Part shown: in pieces, positions 36,885-46,180 of the stretch
Layout: each line of letters starts with the position of its first letter
Numbering within the stretch: the first letter of the stretch is position 1
Assembly (NCBI GenBank): GCA_044870765.1
Contig: JBIOZG010000015.1
Coordinates: forward strand, 10,795 to 74,794
Direction: 5' to 3'
Origin: Nitrososphaeraceae archaeon
Lineage (GTDB): Archaea > Thermoproteota > Nitrososphaeria > Nitrososphaerales > Nitrososphaeraceae
Length of the DNA stretch: 64,000 nucleotides
The notes under the pieces: generated by a model
Told to the model about the DNA's origin: nothing
Database searches by the model: none
Seen by the model: only the letters and a program-made list of their open reading frames with translations
Made by a program: the position numbers and the translations under genes

Positions 36885-38168
36885 CTAACTGAATTTTGCT
36901 CCAAGCGTTTTCATGTCTTGTATATATGAGGGGTAAGAAACATCAACTGATTCCACACCTTCTACAATAGATTTTTCTGTCATCATTGCCGCTATTGTGA
37001 AACTCATAAATAGCCTGTGATCATTGTGTGAATCCAGTCGAGCGCTCTTGAGTTTTTTCGGTGAGTCTAACCTTATTTCATCAGTCAATACTTGCGTTTT
37101 AGCTCCGAGTTTTCTTAATTCTGATTCAATTATTCTCAATCTATCTGTTTCCTTGTAACGTGTGTGCGAAACTCCATAAATCCTTACAGGATTCCTTGAT
37201 TTCAAAGATAAAATGGCTACAACAGGAAGCAAATCCGGTGTATCTGATAGATCAAATTCACCTCCATCAAGATCTTCAGCTCCATAAACCTTCACGGTAC
37301 CATTTTTCTTGTCGATCACAATTTTTGAACCTATTTTCTTTAGGATCTCAAGAATTGTTGAATCGCCTTGTGGTAACGAAAAATCAAGGTTACTAATTTT
37401 TATATTGTTCCCAACGAGTGTGCCTGCGGCTAGCAACAATGCAGCTGTAGAAAAATCTCCAGGAATAGTAAATGTAGTAGCTATATATCTATTGTTAAAG
37501 ATGTGATAGTTTTTATAATCTTTGGAATATTTTATTTTCCCCCCAAATTTAGACATAACATTAATTGTTGATTCTATATATGATTTTGATACCTGTTTTC
37601 CAGTTACTCTCAAGGATATTTCTGATTTAGCACAAACTCCGGAAATAAGAATTGCTGAAATAAATTGGCTTGATATAGACCCATCAATAGTAACATCTTT
37701 TCCTTTAACTCCACCACCTTGTACAATTATAGGAGCTCTATCATTTTTTCTAGCAGAGAAGCAATTAATGCCAAGCTGCCTAAGAGACTGCAATAATGGT
37801 TGCATGGGTCGCTTTCTAATACTCTCATCTCCTGTGATTACAACATATCCGTCGTCGAGCAAAGTCGAGATCGTCGTAACAAAACGCATAGTTGTTCCAG
37901 AATTCTCTACATTGATAACATTATTGGGAATTTTTAAAGTATTTTTTCCAGAAATAATTAGTTCATGATCGGCTATACCTATTTTTACTCCAAATGCTCG
38001 ACATGCTTCGATTGTTGCAACCGTGTCCCTTGAAATAAGAGGATTAATTATGTGAGACCTTCCATCAGCTAAAGAAGAAATGAATACTGCTCTGTGAGTA
38101 TAGCTCTTACTAGGAGGGCACCTAACGGAACCATTAATTACAGATTTGGAAACAATTATGCTAACCAA
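36885..38168 (-). CDS. aroA: EPSP synthase
   Basis: PPSKSYTHR, NSGTTMRF, RKRPM, SSQFISA, KETDR, HNDHR. Confidence 0.96.
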   Translation of the reverse strand: MVSIIVSKSVINGSVRCPPSKSYTHRAVFISSLADGRSHIINPLISRDTVATIEACRAFGVKIGIADHELIISGKNTLKIPNNVINVENSGTTMRFVTTISTLLDDGYVVITGDESIRKRPMQPLLQSLRQLGINCFSARKNDRAPIIVQGGGVKGKDVTIDGSISSQFISAILISGVCAKSEISLRVTGKQVSKSYIESTINVMSKFGGKIKYSKDYKNYHIFNNRYIATTFTIPGDFSTAALLLAAGTLVGNNIKISNLDFSLPQGDSTILEILKKIGSKIVIDKKNGTVKVYGAEDLDGGEFDLSDTPDLLPVVAILSLKSRNPVRIYGVSHTRYKETDRLRIIESELRKLGAKTQVLTDEIRLDSPKKLKSARLDSHNDHRLFMSFTIAAMMTEKSIVEGVESVDVSYPSYIQDMKTLGAKFS

Positions 38169-39015
38169 TCTCTCTCACAATAGATGCCTTCTGGTTGTTT
38201 GAATTCGAAACAATGACCCTGCCATCAAAATCAGATAATATTGATCTTATTTTTTGCGCCTGATCTACATGCACTATCGCTGCAATCGCAGGACCGTTCC
38301 CAGATATGCTGGCTGCCAGGGCACCGTTCTCTAAACAAGTTCTCGTGATATTGTAACTATTTGATAGTAAGCATGATGTTAAGACCCCGTTTAACGTCAT
38401 GGCCTTCCAATATTGTCCTGAGTTAGCAAAGTGAAACGCCTCCAGATAAATATCTGAGAGTACTCTAAGTCTACTAATATCTCCTCTTTTTTTATTATTT
38501 GGCAGATAAATTACTGCACATATATCCGTGGGTGAATTTTCTCTTTTACATATTTTTCGCTTATAGTTATCTGTAGTAACGAAGCCACCATAATAACACG
38601 CAGTAGAATCGTCATATGCACCGGTTATTGTCGTTTTGGCATAAAACGATGCATTAATAGCCGTATTCAGAATATTTTCGTCATCCATATCCTTATTCAG
38701 AAGTGATTTACATGCAAGAGCAACGGCATTTGATACTGCACTTGAACTCTTCAAACCCATGCCTGATGGTATCTCGGAATTTATATTAATTAATAATTGA
38801 TTATTGTTTAGATATTTTGATGGGATAATGTCGTAAATTATTTTTTTTATCATGGCACTACCTCCTCCCTTTTGAAAGATTATCCCGGATCCTTTCTTTG
38901 AATCTATTTCAACTTTTACCGTAAGGGAAATCCCCATTGCAGAGCCAAAACCTGTTGCAATGGCATTTACAATTGACACAGCACCATGAACTATTGACGT
39001 TACCTTTGCGGTCAC
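38161..39015 (-). CDS. aroK: archaeal GHMP-type shikimate kinase
   Basis: GAVSIVNAIATG, SEIP.G.GLKSSSA, TGAYDD, SGNGPA. Confidence 0.94.
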   Translation of the reverse strand: MTAKVTSIVHGAVSIVNAIATGFGSAMGISLTVKVEIDSKKGSGIIFQKGGGSAMIKKIIYDIIPSKYLNNNQLLININSEIPSGMGLKSSSAVSNAVALACKSLLNKDMDDENILNTAINASFYAKTTITGAYDDSTACYYGGFVTTDNYKRKICKRENSPTDICAVIYLPNNKKRGDISRLRVLSDIYLEAFHFANSGQYWKAMTLNGVLTSCLLSNSYNITRTCLENGALAASISGNGPAIAAIVHVDQAQKIRSILSDFDGRVIVSNSNNQKASIVREIG

Positions 39016-39857
39016 GCAGGCTCACCAAATTTTCCTAATAGCACTTTTTTCATAGGTTCAATGGGTGGATCACGTTGAAACCATATCTTGAATGATGCAA
39101 CGGCCTGTTCTAGCAACATTTCATAACCGTAAACCACTTTGGCGCCAGCCGTCCTTGCGTTTTCTAACAAGCTTGTATTAATAGGCTTATACACAATGTC
39201 ATATACAATTGCATCCTTTCTTATGCTGCTGGACTTAATCAAACTCTGTTCACCCTTCATACCAAGTGGAGTCGTATTTATAATAAGATTGGATTTTGAA
39301 GCAATATTCTGAATATTATCCGAGGAAACAATAGATGTCTTTAATCCCAATTTTTTTAACATATTAGCCAATTCTTTAGATCGATCATTGTTCCTATTGA
39401 AAATATTGATGTTTGCAATCCCTTTTTCACTTGCCAATGCAACAGCTACCGCTCTCGCTGCCCCTCCTGCTCCCAAGATAGTTACCTCAAAACCATTAAA
39501 GTCGATCCCCCGTTGACGTAACGGCTTAATGAATCCTAATACGTCCGTGTTATATGCACAAAATTTCCCGTCTTCATTATTAACTGTATTTGCCGCTCCT
39601 ACCAACTCTACAGTTTTATCATACTGGTCAACATATTCTAAAACCCTAACCTTGTGCGGCATGGTCACATTGAACCCACAAATATTTATAGCACGTAGGG
39701 AATCGAGAGAATTTTTTAATTGTCCCTCTTGTACCCTGAAGGCGATGTAACTGCAATTTAGCCCAAGAGAACTAAACGCAGCATTATGAATTGCAGGGGA
39801 TAATGAATGGTCTATAGGATCACCGATTATACAATACGTTCTAAAAGCAAGGCTCAT
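39012..39857 (-). CDS. aroE: shikimate dehydrogenase
   Basis: GDPIDHSLSP, NVTMPHK, GAANT, NTD, GAGGAA. Confidence 0.96.
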   Translation of the reverse strand: MSLAFRTYCIIGDPIDHSLSPAIHNAAFSSLGLNCSYIAFRVQEGQLKNSLDSLRAINICGFNVTMPHKVRVLEYVDQYDKTVELVGAANTVNNEDGKFCAYNTDVLGFIKPLRQRGIDFNGFEVTILGAGGAARAVAVALASEKGIANINIFNRNNDRSKELANMLKKLGLKTSIVSSDNIQNIASKSNLIINTTPLGMKGEQSLIKSSSIRKDAIVYDIVYKPINTSLLENARTAGAKVVYGYEMLLEQAVASFKIWFQRDPPIEPMKKVLLGKFGEPA

Positions 39858-40564
39858 TTATTTTTCAGTTTGTTTCCAACTCCATCGTATATTTTTTTCG
39901 TTAGGTCAATGTCAAGTTGGCCTGGAGCCATTGGATTATCCAGAGAAGCATAGGTAAAAGGCGCACCTCCATATAATGTACAAAATAGTCTCGATAAAAC
40001 CCCGAGATCTCCCATTGCAAACGCGATTAGATTTGTATCAATATTATTGTCGTATAGTGAAAGAATATTAAGATTGTCCATAATGGATCTCGCAGTAGTA
40101 ACCAATTTGACATAATTACTATATTTTCTCATATCTCTAAATTTTTCTAAAAGCGACGCTGCGTCTGGAGTTTTTCTAAAATCATGAGATGATACAAGTA
40201 TTGGGACTTTCTTATATTTTAAGAATCTTCTAAACTCGCTGTCTTTTTTTAGAATTGAGAATTCTATGTCAAGTAACATTGGCTTGGCTCTGGCCATTTT
40301 CTTTAGTAGCGACACTTGTTCTTTACGAGTTCCATCAAAAAATCCACCCTCTTTTTTCGATCTTAATGTAAAAATTGCTCTATTTTTTATTTCACTGGAA
40401 ATCAATAAGGCACTGTCAATATCTTTGTATATCATATGATCAAATCTGATTTCAACATAATTAGCTTCTTTCTTGGTGGCCTTTGAAAATAAAGATGGTA
40501 ATTTGTCTACAGAATCTGCTGCCAGTGTAACACAAACTTTGAACTTATTTCTAAACAAATCCAT
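39854..40564 (-). CDS. aroD: type I 3-dehydroquinate dehydratase
   Basis: EIRFD, FTLR..EGG, SSHDF..TP, VKLV, AMG..G..SR, APGQ. Confidence 0.93.
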   Translation of the reverse strand: MDLFRNKFKVCVTLAADSVDKLPSLFSKATKKEANYVEIRFDHMIYKDIDSALLISSEIKNRAIFTLRSKKEGGFFDGTRKEQVSLLKKMARAKPMLLDIEFSILKKDSEFRRFLKYKKVPILVSSHDFRKTPDAASLLEKFRDMRKYSNYVKLVTTARSIMDNLNILSLYDNNIDTNLIAFAMGDLGVLSRLFCTLYGGAPFTYASLDNPMAPGQLDIDLTKKIYDGVGNKLKNK

Positions 40565-40577
40565 CAGTCTTTCGGAG

Positions 40578-41309
40578 CTAATACTTTAGTAAGTTTGCGC
40601 TGTACAATTCCGCGCCAATTCCGTATCCTAATAGGGCTATACCAGTTCCTAAACCAGACATTTCTATTCCTCCTTTGACCCAATTTTTCTTTGCCAGCTT
40701 CGCCTTTTTTGCACCTATTAGAAAAGAGGAAGTGAGACTAATTGCAATAGCTATCCATAATGAAAATTGAATAGGAATAAAACCAGTTCTAGATAACAGA
40801 TATGGTAATATCGGTAAAACTCCGCCTATTATGAAAGAAACAAACATGATAAAAGCTCCTTTGATGGGGTTTCCGACAATATCTAAGTTTAATTCTAATT
40901 CTTCAGTTAACATTGTTTTGAGCCAAACTTTCTTATTTGAAGTAATTTTATCTGTGACTTGCTTTACCAAAACTTCATCAAACTCTTTTGCACGATAAAT
41001 TTCTTCAATTTCCAATCGTTCTTTTTCAGGATATGCTTCAATCTCAAATTCCTCTCTTTTTATTTCCGATTCTAAAATTTCTCTTTGGGATTTTACGGCC
41101 AGATAATTTTGTACAGCCATTGCCTTTGCACCTGTGAACATCCCGACGAGAGACGCTAATATTATAAAGTCAGCCGAACTGTTTGCCCCTCCGACGCCAG
41201 CAACGATACCAAGTGAGGTGTTTATTCCATCACCAAATCCAAATACAAAGTCTCTGATATGATTGGACTCTTTTATGTGTGGTTCAAGATGTCCAGAGTT
41301 ATTCAACAT
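40578..41309 (-). CDS. VIT1/CCC1 family Fe/Mn transporter
   Basis: RDFVFGFGDG, AMAVQNYL, E-rich cytosolic domain, GGVLPILPY. Confidence 0.9.
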   Translation of the reverse strand: MLNNSGHLEPHIKESNHIRDFVFGFGDGINTSLGIVAGVGGANSSADFIILASLVGMFTGAKAMAVQNYLAVKSQREILESEIKREEFEIEAYPEKERLEIEEIYRAKEFDEVLVKQVTDKITSNKKVWLKTMLTEELELNLDIVGNPIKGAFIMFVSFIIGGVLPILPYLLSRTGFIPIQFSLWIAIAISLTSSFLIGAKKAKLAKKNWVKGGIEMSGLGTGIALLGYGIGAELYSANLLKY

Positions 41310-41417
41310 AGATTATTCAATTGTTGGGTAATTTAACAATAACATAAAGAAGCAAGTTCGTTGTTACAAAAAATCCCATTTTTGTGTCATGTGCACAAAC
41401 AATCCTAATAGAGTGTA

Positions 41418-41579
41418 TCCCGCGGGCAGGATTTACTCCAGAAAAGCATCAAGACTAATCTGTTTGAGCCTGCGACTCTTCGGTCGCTGCAAATGTTAGC
41501 CTGATAGGCTGTTTCACGAGTTTAGCAATATTTGCCGACTACTACAGCCGAAAGCTCTACCAGGCTGAGCTACCGCGGG
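41418..41579 (-). tRNA. tRNA-Tyr(GUA) with two introns (41485-41541 at 37/38; about 41433-41463 in the T loop)
   Basis: reverse complement gives CCCGCGG/CCGCGGG acceptor stem (C1:G72, A73), GCTC/GAGC D stem, TTCGG/CCGAA anticodon stem with GTA at 41545-41543, GCAGG/CCTGC T stem; removing both inserts leaves 74 nt. Confidence 0.92.
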
Positions 41580-41751
41580 ACATTTTTGGTAATGAATTCT
41601 GGTTATATAAAATAATTGAATGTTATAACACGAATAGGCCAAGAATTTATCTATCTATTGCCGACAAGTGCCCATAATGGTTATGTCTATTGTTCCTGTT
41701 TAGCCAATATAGTCAAAATGATTATTTATGTGAAAAATCATACTGGCCATT

Positions 41752-42054
41752 ATGAAAGATTACGATCATCAGATAATATGGTTAGATTATTTTAACAAGA
41801 ATTTGTCACGAAAAAAGGGTCGAAAAGTAGGCAAAAATATGTCTGTATATGATCCTACAATGCAGGAGCTTATTGCTGCATCAAAAACTCTGGAATTGGA
41901 CTTCTCGGAAGAAGAGACTAATAATCAAGCTCGGTACCCACGAAGAGCTTTTGTAAAATCAGGATATATTATGATTTCAAAAAAAGAGAAGAAATCGGCC
42001 ATAATTATTCAAATTGCAAAAATGATGATTGAGATAAGACAACAGAAGCATTGA
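41752..42054 (+). CDS. srp19: signal recognition particle protein SRP19
   Basis: IIWLDYFNKNLSRKKGRKV..., ARYPR. Confidence 0.9.
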   Translation: MKDYDHQIIWLDYFNKNLSRKKGRKVGKNMSVYDPTMQELIAASKTLELDFSEEETNNQARYPRRAFVKSGYIMISKKEKKSAIIIQIAKMMIEIRQQKH

Positions 42055-42196
42055 AGGTTCCTGCATTTTCAAGTTTGCCTTTTCAACAAATCTTCCTACT
42101 GCAATCCCAATCACCAATGATAATTTATTTATCTTGAAACTAACTTTTATTGACAGATTAAAATGATAATGAGTGTGTGTTAGGTTTTATTACACA

Positions 42197-42490
42197 TTGG
42201 AAAAAATAGGTGAAATTCTCCACTTGGCCAAGAGTGGAAGACTGATAGTCAAAGTTGATGAACAAGTTAGTCATAAATTGATTGGTCAGGCGTTGATGGA
42301 TGATAAAGGTACTAAAATTGGAAAAATTATTGAATTAATAGGATCTGTCAAATCGCCCTATGCGTCTGTAATCACTACAGTTGATTCAAAGTATTCTGTT
42401 GGTGGAAAAGTATTCACATCGGATGCGCACAATCAACAATATAATTCATCAAGAAAAAGAGGCAGAATGAAAAGGAGGAGAAGGACATGA
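42197..42490 (+). CDS. gar1: H/ACA RNP protein Gar1
   Basis: IGEILHLAKSGRLIV, IGKIIELIGSVKSPY, Arg-rich tail; TTG start inferred. Confidence 0.85.
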   Translation: MEKIGEILHLAKSGRLIVKVDEQVSHKLIGQALMDDKGTKIGKIIELIGSVKSPYASVITTVDSKYSVGGKVFTSDAHNQQYNSSRKRGRMKRRRRT

Positions 42491-43557
42491 CGTCTGTTGA
42501 ATATTGTTCTCAGTGTCCCGAGGGTCAATCGAAAATTATTCTTGATTATGGTAAGGGTGAATATGTGTGCAACAAATGTGGTTGCGTTGTTATGGAACAG
42601 GTAGACTATTATGGTCCAGAAAATAACTCCACTGATTTTGAAGAAAGAAATAAGAGCACTAGAGCTAGTGGCTCGACTAGTTTATCACTCCATGATTTCG
42701 GTTTAAGGACCGAGATAGGAAATACCTCGAGAGACTATAGCGGGCGGGCAATAGACTACCAAAATGTTGAACTCATGAATAGATCTAGAAGATGGCACAG
42801 TAGATTGAGAGTTAATTCCTCAAAGGAAAGAAGATTATCGAATGTACTTTCAAAGATCAATGAGGTGTGCTCTGTTCTCTGTCTTAGAAAAACAATTAAT
42901 GAGACCGCCTCTATGATTTATCGTAATTTTGAAAATAATAGTAAGGCCAAGGGAAAGTCTATAACATGTATAGCATCAGCCACTATCTATTTGGCTTGCA
43001 AGAGATGTGGTGTTGTTAGATCTATAGAAGAAATTGTTCAGGCAGCAGGCATATCAGAATTTGACAAGTCTAGTGTAAAATTGGCTTCAAGATATTACAG
43101 GTCTATGGTTATGGAAATGAACAAGATTGGCGAAATGAAAATTAAAGAAAATTCTCATTCAATAACGAGCAATTCAGAAAACTCACATTTGGAGTTGGAG
43201 GGTAAATCGAAGACCATGTCATCTTCATTCTCAATGTCACCATCGAGTCCTTCGTCCTTTGCAATAGACAACTATATTTCGAAACTTGCTAATATCGCAA
43301 AAATAGATACAAAAATTGAGAGACTGGCATTGGAAATTGCTCAAAAAACAAACAATAATTTCTTTTCCGATGGAAAAGCACCCAATGGATTGGCCGCCGC
43401 ATATATTTACCTTGCATCAGTACTTTTGGGAGTAAACCTGCTTCAGATTGACGTATCCAATTTTGCTGGTGTTACTGAAGTTACTATCAGAAATAGATGC
43501 AAAGATATTCTAAATAATTTCAAACTAGTAGTTAATGCAAAACCAGCAAGCTACTAA
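42487..43557 (+). CDS. tfb: transcription initiation factor TFB
   Basis: Zn ribbon C..C...GEYVCNKCG; two cyclin repeats; GVTEVTIRNR. Confidence 0.94.
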   Translation: MTSVEYCSQCPEGQSKIILDYGKGEYVCNKCGCVVMEQVDYYGPENNSTDFEERNKSTRASGSTSLSLHDFGLRTEIGNTSRDYSGRAIDYQNVELMNRSRRWHSRLRVNSSKERRLSNVLSKINEVCSVLCLRKTINETASMIYRNFENNSKAKGKSITCIASATIYLACKRCGVVRSIEEIVQAAGISEFDKSSVKLASRYYRSMVMEMNKIGEMKIKENSHSITSNSENSHLELEGKSKTMSSSFSMSPSSPSSFAIDNYISKLANIAKIDTKIERLALEIAQKTNNNFFSDGKAPNGLAAAYIYLASVLLGVNLLQIDVSNFAGVTEVTIRNRCKDILNNFKLVVNAKPASY

Positions 43558-43582
43558 ATCCAAAAACTTTAGGATTAAACTT

Positions 43583-45343
43583 TCACTTTAGTTTTATGTT
43601 CCTTTGCTTTTTGTACATTTGGATTAGTTCAGATTCGTCTGTTATATCTCGCGGACTTTTGTCAAGCCGGATTTTTTTGGTAAATTTCGGAAATCTTAAT
43701 GACAATCCAAAACCTTTCCTAATCGAATCCATGCCCGCATCATATTCGGGACTTAATGTTATTTCCGAGGCAATTATTTCTATTACTATTGTCGGTGTGA
43801 ACCAAGTATCCATCTCCAGTTTCGAGTAAACGTGCGGATGTCTCTTAGGTATTATGTGTTTTCCCAATTCCCTAAATAATTCTTCTAAGACTTCATCTGT
43901 AAAACCACTCCCTACCTTACATACGCTTTTGAAAACGTTCTCTTTCTTATCGTATATTGCGAGCAATAGAGCACCATATTTCCCTACCCTTCTACCCTTT
44001 CCATATGCCCCGCCAACTACAACCAGGTCCAGACTATCGACTAATTCACTTCTATATTCTCTTTTGATTTTTATCCAGGCGAAGCCTCTTGCCCCAGCTC
44101 TATAAGGACTGCTAGTCTGTTTTACCACCAAACCCTCACAGCCGTGTTCTATAGATTTAGCCATAAATTTTTCAAGCTCCTCTGTATTAGTTACAATCTT
44201 CTGTGGTATGAGAGTTATTTTTTGATCTACTGATTTAGTAATGACGTCTTTCAGTAGGTTCCTCCGGTCTTGATAGGGAAGATTGGTTTTATCCTTGGCT
44301 GTAGCCCAGAGAATATCAAACACATTAACAGAAACGGGGTATTGTTCTACATTCTTGGCTATATCATATTTGCGCCGCCTGTGCATAAGCTCTTGAAAAG
44401 GAAGATACTCTTCAGTATACTTATTGATTGCAACCACTTCGGCCTCAATAATAAAGCTTTTCAAGCCAATAGTTTTAGAGGCCTCTGCTACATCGGGATA
44501 ATAGTGGCTTATGTTTTCCAAGCTCCTTGAAAATATTTGAACCTTCTTATCCTTTCTATGAATTTGTACTCTTTCGCCATCGAGTTTGAATTCAACAGCT
44601 CCTCTTCCAGAGACCTTTTCCAGGGCCTCTTTAGTAGTTTGAACTCTTTCTGCAAGCATTGGTCTTATCGGTATAAATAATTCTATCTTAATTGCAGTAA
44701 CAGCCTTTATTCCATCATTTGCCAATATCTTTGAAACTCTTCCCAAATCACTTGAGACATTATAGGCATTTTCTAAAATTTTCCTATTTTTTTTATCAGA
44801 TGTATAAGCTAGTGCCAGGGCATCCATAATGGTAATATCGGCTATTCCAAGTCTTAATGTTCCAAGCGCGAATCTAATAATATACTTGCATTCTTTAGGA
44901 GAAGCATCATTAAAAAGACTTATAAACAATCTCAATTTTATTTCCTGTGAGCCTTTGCCAGTTATCTTGGATATTTTATCGAAAATTAGATAGATCCGTT
45001 CTATAGTAACCTTCTCATTAAAAAGTGTCGTCTGGACTTTATTCTTCATTATCTCTTCTGCAACGCTTCCCAGATCTCCTATTTTATTATATTTTTGATA
45101 TACCTTGTCTACTGAAATATTTGATATTTGTGAAATCATACGAATAATCATTTTTTCCGCTATTCCCATTTCAATCCCTTCGTAATCTGGTCTGATTTTC
45201 CCCTGAATAAGATAGATTATTTTATCGATGAGATCAGATGAATTATTTTTGAAAAGTGTAACTAAATAGTCAGTAAGTTCTAGTCTACTTTTTGTCTTTT
45301 CCATTTCTTCCAAAATTTCAACGATACTGGAAAAATCCAACAT
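43583..45343 (-). CDS. lig: ATP-dependent DNA ligase
   Basis: EFKLDGERVQIH, EGLVVK, WIKIKREY, DLVVVG, SLRFP. Confidence 0.97.
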   Translation of the reverse strand: MLDFSSIVEILEEMEKTKSRLELTDYLVTLFKNNSSDLIDKIIYLIQGKIRPDYEGIEMGIAEKMIIRMISQISNISVDKVYQKYNKIGDLGSVAEEIMKNKVQTTLFNEKVTIERIYLIFDKISKITGKGSQEIKLRLFISLFNDASPKECKYIIRFALGTLRLGIADITIMDALALAYTSDKKNRKILENAYNVSSDLGRVSKILANDGIKAVTAIKIELFIPIRPMLAERVQTTKEALEKVSGRGAVEFKLDGERVQIHRKDKKVQIFSRSLENISHYYPDVAEASKTIGLKSFIIEAEVVAINKYTEEYLPFQELMHRRRKYDIAKNVEQYPVSVNVFDILWATAKDKTNLPYQDRRNLLKDVITKSVDQKITLIPQKIVTNTEELEKFMAKSIEHGCEGLVVKQTSSPYRAGARGFAWIKIKREYRSELVDSLDLVVVGGAYGKGRRVGKYGALLLAIYDKKENVFKSVCKVGSGFTDEVLEELFRELGKHIIPKRHPHVYSKLEMDTWFTPTIVIEIIASEITLSPEYDAGMDSIRKGFGLSLRFPKFTKKIRLDKSPRDITDESELIQMYKKQRNIKLK

Positions 45344-45489
45344 TATTTGTTATTGGAGGATGTTTTAAAATATTTTATTTATCCTTAATTTCAAAATTCC
45401 TGATGATTTGATGGAAGATGCCTCTATGGCATGAAAACTGGTTATACTTATTCCATAGAATTATAAATTGGGCCGATATTGGTGTTACT

Positions 45490-45810
45490 ATGGGAGGAGC
45501 CAAGAAAAAATCTATAGGAAGTCAGGAAAAGACATCCAAGGACTCTCCAGCTGCTGATGAGAAAGGAAAGAAGGGTCCAATTAAAAAGCAAAAATCGTCA
45601 ATAGTCATAGAAGAACCTCAAGGATTAAAGACTATAAAAAGTATGAAACCAATTACATCTCATGCTTTAGCAAGGTCAATGGGCGTAAAGATTTCTGTAG
45701 CAAATTCATTTCTACGTTCTCTTGAATCTAAGGGAATTGTAAGGCCAATAGGTGGATATAGTGGACATAGAATTTATGAACTTGGCCCTACAGAGGCCAT
45801 ATCACAATAA
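45490..45810 (+). CDS. rps25e: 30S ribosomal protein eS25
   Basis: MGGAKKKS; wHTH ITSHALARSMGVKISVANSFLRSLESKG. Confidence 0.88.
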   Translation: MGGAKKKSIGSQEKTSKDSPAADEKGKKGPIKKQKSSIVIEEPQGLKTIKSMKPITSHALARSMGVKISVANSFLRSLESKGIVRPIGGYSGHRIYELGPTEAISQ

Positions 45811-46180
45811 ACATCAGTATCTGGCAGCGACGCAAGACCAAAATATTAGAACTTTAGTTTTCAGGTAGAATTAGATATTCCATTTTTCCTAGTTGAATAC
45901 TGGATAGAAATTATTGTAGCAGTATACATATTTAACCTAAGTTGCTCAAGAGATTTTCAGACAAAATTCATTACCTGATAGAAGGCAGTGTTTCTTGTTC
46001 ATAAACGAAAGATCTTCAGCCTTCTACCAGTTTCCGATTATATTCATTGGTTAAAATGGAACATCATCAAAAAAAAGACTGCGCTCCAGTGATACAAACT
46101 TATGTATCTGAAATGGTATCAAGTACATTCCATCCCAAATTTCACTCCTGCATTCACATATGCCACATTGCTTGATATAA

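Noticed and set aside
41310-41750. tRNA-Tyr as an integration site for a mobile element
   Set aside because: No integrase and no duplicated tRNA 3' end seen in the window.
45811-46180. 370-bp gap between eS25 and gatD (similarly 25860-26153 and 47555-47817) as hidden genes or RNAs
   Set aside because: Only very short ORFs and no convincing stems or repeats were seen by eye.
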